A stretch of 64,000 bases of DNA from Candidatus Zixiibacteriota bacterium (GTDB lineage Bacteria; UBP14; UBA6098; JBKHBT01). Shown here piece by piece: positions 61,101-64,000 of this stretch; positions within the stretch are counted from its first letter, which is position 1, and every line of letters starts with the position of its first letter. The stretch covers positions 4,830 to 68,829 of the forward strand of contig JBKHBT010000007.1 in the NCBI GenBank assembly GCA_046542255.1. Direction: 5' to 3'. The notes beneath the pieces are model-generated. The model made no database searches. It had not been told where the DNA came from and saw only the letters and a list, made by a program, of their open reading frames with translations. Position numbers and translations under genes: made by a program.

Positions 61101-64000
61101 TTATTTCGAAGATGATTGTTCTGGGATTTTGACTGATTCAACTATTGTGGTTGTTAATATATTCCGTGAATCGGAAACAGTAGTGGATACAATATATGGT
61201 AATGATCCTGCCGTTGACTGGAGCTCAGTTGCCGAAGGCCAGGATACACTTTCTTGGAGATACAGCGATGTTGGTATCATGCTTGAGAATAATGACAGCC
61301 TGGTAGTTTGTGTATCTCGACTATCAGATAATGTAGATCATTCATCGACTGATCCTGGTTGTGGCAATAATGTATTTCGTGGTGATGGCATTTCCGATGC
61401 TTGTTTCTCTTATGGAGTTACTTTCGCAGGGCCTACAACTTCGATGATAAGCCCTATTGCAAACAATTACGTACCTTGCCAGAATTTCGATTTTGTTATT
61501 CGTGCTTTCGATGAAGATGGCATCGATGAAACCAGTTTTAACTTCAATATTGATGGTACTGATTATTTTTACGATGAGTATCATACCGATCCAGCCGATA
61601 CAATTGCAGATACAATAATAGTTCACGATCCATCAGGCGCCTTCCCATTGTGCGATTCCATATTCTTCGAAGTTACAGCATTAGAGGATATCTATGGTAC
61701 AGCAATTTCGACTGGCGCAGGTGGTTTCTTCATTGTGGATATCGAGGCTCCTGTTGCCGAAGAATTTATTCCCGAAGATGGAGGCACTCTGGTTGGGGAA
61801 GATAAGAGAATTAAAGTAATAATTCGCGATCCAGATTGTGGAAGTTTAGATGGTGCAGGTGTCGATAGATCTTCATTGATTTTCACCATTGACGGTATAG
61901 ATTATGAAGAGCCGATTGAACCATTTGTTTATTGGCAGGGCGACACCGCAATTTTTGATATTGATTCATCTGATGTTCCGATAACTGGTGGAGAAGAGAT
62001 CGAATATTGTGTTACTGTAATGGATAATACGATTGATCTCGAAGATGATGGCTGTGACCGAAATATTTTAAATACATGCGCAAGTTTCTTTATGACTGCG
62101 GAAGGCCCATCAATATCTGCAATTAGGCCGAATGTGGGCGATATTATTGCATGCGATCGCATAGATTCTTTTGTAGTATCTATAACTGATGCAGAAGGTG
62201 TAGACTGGTCAACTTTGGAGATAACTGTTGGAGACGATATCCTTACTTATTCAGATGTTCATGATTTAGGTAGTGGCCTTATCTCTTACCTATTTGTTCC
62301 TCCAATCTCAGAAGATTCCGTTATTACCGTCTCCATAGATGTTTCTGATGTTGTGGATAATGAAAGTTCATATTCATACAGCTTTACTTTGGATCATCAG
62401 CCACCGGTTGCATCTTTTGAAACGCCTTGCGGTGATACATTAGAAGAAATAAATCCAGATTTAGAAATTATTTTTTCCGATGAACTTTCTACTGTGGACA
62501 CCACTTCCGTTTGTATTGCGCTTTGCCAACCGGATTGGGCAACTTGCGATACCTTCTGCGCTGCAACCGAACCTGGTCTTATTTGGCTAAATGATACTAC
62601 ACTTGAGATTTCTACATCCACTCTTGGTTATACAGTAACAGGCGGCGATTCAGGTCTATACTATATAGCCAATGCTATGGATGTTGTTGATTCCTGTGAC
62701 GCAAATGACATAGCTGGAGCAGATTCTTGCAGATACTATGTCTCTGCTGATGGGCCTGTTGTTTCTTTAGTCCCTCCGCTTAGGGATGGAATGTCTATTG
62801 GCTGCCCGATTCCTGGTTTTTGTTTTTACTTCAGCGTTACCGATTCTGATGGTTTGAGGCTTCCCACTATGGAACTATCTGTCTATATTCCTGAGGGTGG
62901 AGGACTTAGGTCTTATGCTCTTGGTGGTGAATTTTATAATGTAGCCGGTGATACTTTCGCTTATTGTCCGGAAATATTGGAAGATGTTTTCTCTGAAAGT
63001 GACAGCACCATTATGTGGATCGAAGTTGATGATGATTTAGGAAATCCAGCCGTTGCAAGAGAATTCATTTTCCACTATGATACAACCGCGCCAGGATTTG
63101 TAATCCACGAACCGCCACTTTCTGGTGCTTCTACACTTTCGCCCGATTTGATATTCGAATTTCCTGATTCAACAGGGCCAGATTCACTTGGTATTACTAT
63201 TTCTTTGACTACACCAGATGACATAACTCTCGATTATATCGCACCTGATCCAGGTGTCGTTTTCTGGCAAAATGATTCTTTAACAATCAGGCACGGCGAA
63301 GTTTTTGAAACAAATGACACTATCACTATCTGTATCGATCAATTAGTCGATGCTGTCGATACATGTGCAAATTATAATACATTGGTTTCAGATAGTTGTT
63401 GGGATATCGCAATTTTACAGGGCGGCCCAGGTATTACAGCAGTTTCGCCAATGCCAGATTCTTTTGGTTGCCCATCCGAGTGCTTTATATGGACATTGAC
63501 CGATGAAGATGGAATTAATATTTCAACTCTTAATATTATCGTTGAAACAGATACCTTTACGATCGACAGCTCAGAGGTTTCTTTTGATTCCGATACATTG
63601 ATATTCTGTCCTTCAGATACAATATCCTACACACCGTATTTTATTACCGTTGAAGGTGTAGAAGATAGCTTAGGATATGAGATGTCCAGTCATTTATATA
63701 CATATAATTTCGACATCGAACCGCCTGTAGTTTCTGGTTTTTCACCAATAGGTGATGCAGCTATATATGAAATACCAATTTCAATGACAGTCATCGATTT
63801 GATTAATCCGGTTCAACCGGAAAGTCTTAGATTGCATATAATTGAAAATAGAGGAGCCGATACTACAATCTATTTCTTCGATGATTCTGAAATCAATTGG
63901 GATGACGACATCAATCTACTCACCTTCAATGACGATTCTTCCTATGCATTCCGTGCAGATGATTCGATTATTGTTTGTCTGGAAATGCCAGATAGCACAG
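58129..64000 (+). CDS. Giant secreted protein (>1950 aa, 3'-truncated by window) built of tandem ~100 aa bacterial Ig-like (SbsA/Big_5-like) modules
   Basis: GGAGG RBS and signal peptide. I checked frame 1 over 59941-60180 and found it open. The gene is absent from the ORF track because there is no stop inside the window. Each module has a recurring D.T.P...P..G(A/S)...start followed by C.W.Y.VDCE.P... Confidence 0.7.
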   Translation, partial: MNKKNYFVLIALFFIISSAFAQADWYLSVFDAFYDIEARVDTTFGTFAIGTHAEGINLTYQYDRITAPYYFGASNSFMVYIGGSIYRSGVATGGTEGVTVIDEYFLGNYIEDNTIISRWEIPATGGSYMIYQRLSPSARPADDTTLGMIKIEYEVDNRTLFETPIGLKLLINPKLDGIDNTPVAVGPYYTDVGVFFEDAIRNEWQAFQRGIEDSSDQLIARGDLGEDKPDQLGLGQWVLPGVDYYGLAERLWAEGTPPDWEGETYSDCGAMYRWNASPVGPGDRQQFVTYYGFGKPMPPDTNWASLSGFPTFASAAGCSLLQIVDLDAFITNITLIADSAESTIVCMELPASGGLMYEGPRCDTIGTLYALETGPIDLQFRIPDGYSAFETQRDTILINVTTVNPVFADITWEKVFTTPYMNSMPPTVEFIDTTLYEFINCSTFVSFYSEDEDTGVYHEQTRIVLFTSDTVYSLNPYSGIFNESNDTTYIGIDDTLITLEDDTLLLSGMVDVCITRLVDYLGCRIPDTICTNLTFDDEPPYVETISPSPGSNVSDCSQIIEIAVADLYSGIEPSTATLSISGVASYNIGSPELAYSGGSTGMFTFTPSTPFESGTELEICLTNLADLVPDDICSPNVMEDTCWTYWVDCEPPGDISILRPRNGEYIACETLDSLIMIVNDASGILLDSLIFDIDGTIYDGSMADLLLGEETFHYDTVVLSDVIALTEGYHTISVYNFYDSLYNFSGTIENVSFWVDFTSPEVGTPIPPDGASIGLPVTCDLPLRDELSGIDTTSIILTAEGMPLAWRGDYFWSSDTIRISTSPPGVGDGDTITLCLNNAYDQAMYCDGANAIEDSICWEYYVDALCPAHNLLTIDDGDHLSCCGTIPISIEFFDSSGIDPASIMVEANGVPVSGVWEPSDPGTNAEYQFPLYGTDYSDTSCLEVDIQVSSISDDLGNACAGSTWTVIMDCESPEMISNWPSGYVPHDDAWIYFEDDCSGILTDSTIVVVNIFRESETVVDTIYGNDPAVDWSSVAEGQDTLSWRYSDVGIMLENNDSLVVCVSRLSDNVDHSSTDPGCGNNVFRGDGISDACFSYGVTFAGPTTSMISPIANNYVPCQNFDFVIRAFDEDGIDETSFNFNIDGTDYFYDEYHTDPADTIADTIIVHDPSGAFPLCDSIFFEVTALEDIYGTAISTGAGGFFIVDIEAPVAEEFIPEDGGTLVGEDKRIKVIIRDPDCGSLDGAGVDRSSLIFTIDGIDYEEPIEPFVYWQGDTAIFDIDSSDVPITGGEEIEYCVTVMDNTIDLEDDGCDRNILNTCASFFMTAEGPSISAIRPNVGDIIACDRIDSFVVSITDAEGVDWSTLEITVGDDILTYSDVHDLGSGLISYLFVPPISEDSVITVSIDVSDVVDNESSYSYSFTLDHQPPVASFETPCGDTLEEINPDLEIIFSDELSTVDTTSVCIALCQPDWATCDTFCAATEPGLIWLNDTTLEISTSTLGYTVTGGDSGLYYIANAMDVVDSCDANDIAGADSCRYYVSADGPVVSLVPPLRDGMSIGCPIPGFCFYFSVTDSDGLRLPTMELSVYIPEGGGLRSYALGGEFYNVAGDTFAYCPEILEDVFSESDSTIMWIEVDDDLGNPAVAREFIFHYDTTAPGFVIHEPPLSGASTLSPDLIFEFPDSTGPDSLGITISLTTPDDITLDYIAPDPGVVFWQNDSLTIRHGEVFETNDTITICIDQLVDAVDTCANYNTLVSDSCWDIAILQGGPGITAVSPMPDSFGCPSECFIWTLTDEDGINISTLNIIVETDTFTIDSSEVSFDSDTLIFCPSDTISYTPYFITVEGVEDSLGYEMSSHLYTYNFDIEPPVVSGFSPIGDAAIYEIPISMTVIDLINPVQPESLRLHIIENRGADTTIYFFDDSEINWDDDINLLTFNDDSSYAFRADDSIIVCLEMPDST

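Overview
Description of a 64 kb AT-rich window (about 35-40% GC by eye) from an unidentified Gram-negative bacterium, with a candidate horizontally acquired four-gene system flagged as the main find. Genes are densely packed. The lineage is inferred to be the FCB group (Fibrobacterota/Cloacimonadota/Bacteroidota-like) for three reasons: three secreted peptidases carry type IX secretion (T9SS) C-terminal sorting domains, there is an LpxC-FabZ fusion, and there is a FadL/PorV-like outer-membrane barrel. Housekeeping genes present: miaA, rpiB, glyA, glmS, tsaB, rplU, bamA, skp, lpxD, lpxC-fabZ, asnS, recO, ahcY, metK, mfd, coaX, smc, a minimal SufC/SufBD pair, two peroxiredoxins and an archaeal-type PGI/PMI with a nucleotidyltransferase. 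Accessory content: a T9SS cargo cluster at 1-7.5 kb (C25 peptidase, PorV-like barrel with an inserted beta-propeller-like repeat region, M6-like metalloprotease with FG-GAP repeats); a polysaccharide-biosynthesis cluster at 12.7-19.1 kb; an M14 carboxypeptidase with T9SS CTD; an eRF1-like protein; and a giant (>1950 aa, truncated) protein of tandem bacterial Ig-like modules at the 3' end. Main candidate: a low-GC, apparently horizontally acquired block at 36.0-41.8 kb, inserted between the methyl-cycle genes ahcY and metK. It contains a tightly packed co-directional operon of four genes: an AAA_28/NadR-like P-loop kinase, a radical SAM enzyme with a C-terminal twitch/SPASM-like Cys cluster, a classic-clade AAA+ ATPase with a roughly 400 aa unknown N-terminal domain, and a PD-(D/E)xK-like protein. 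Upstream lies a 550 bp leader with a Shine-Dalgarno-preceded 34-codon Cys-containing ORF and a G-tract. Downstream is a MazF/PemK toxin-antitoxin pair. I cannot assign this operon to a described defence or RiPP system and flag it as a candidate novel system. No CRISPR arrays, rRNA or tRNA genes were recognised. All domain assignments come from motif recognition by eye, with no searches run.
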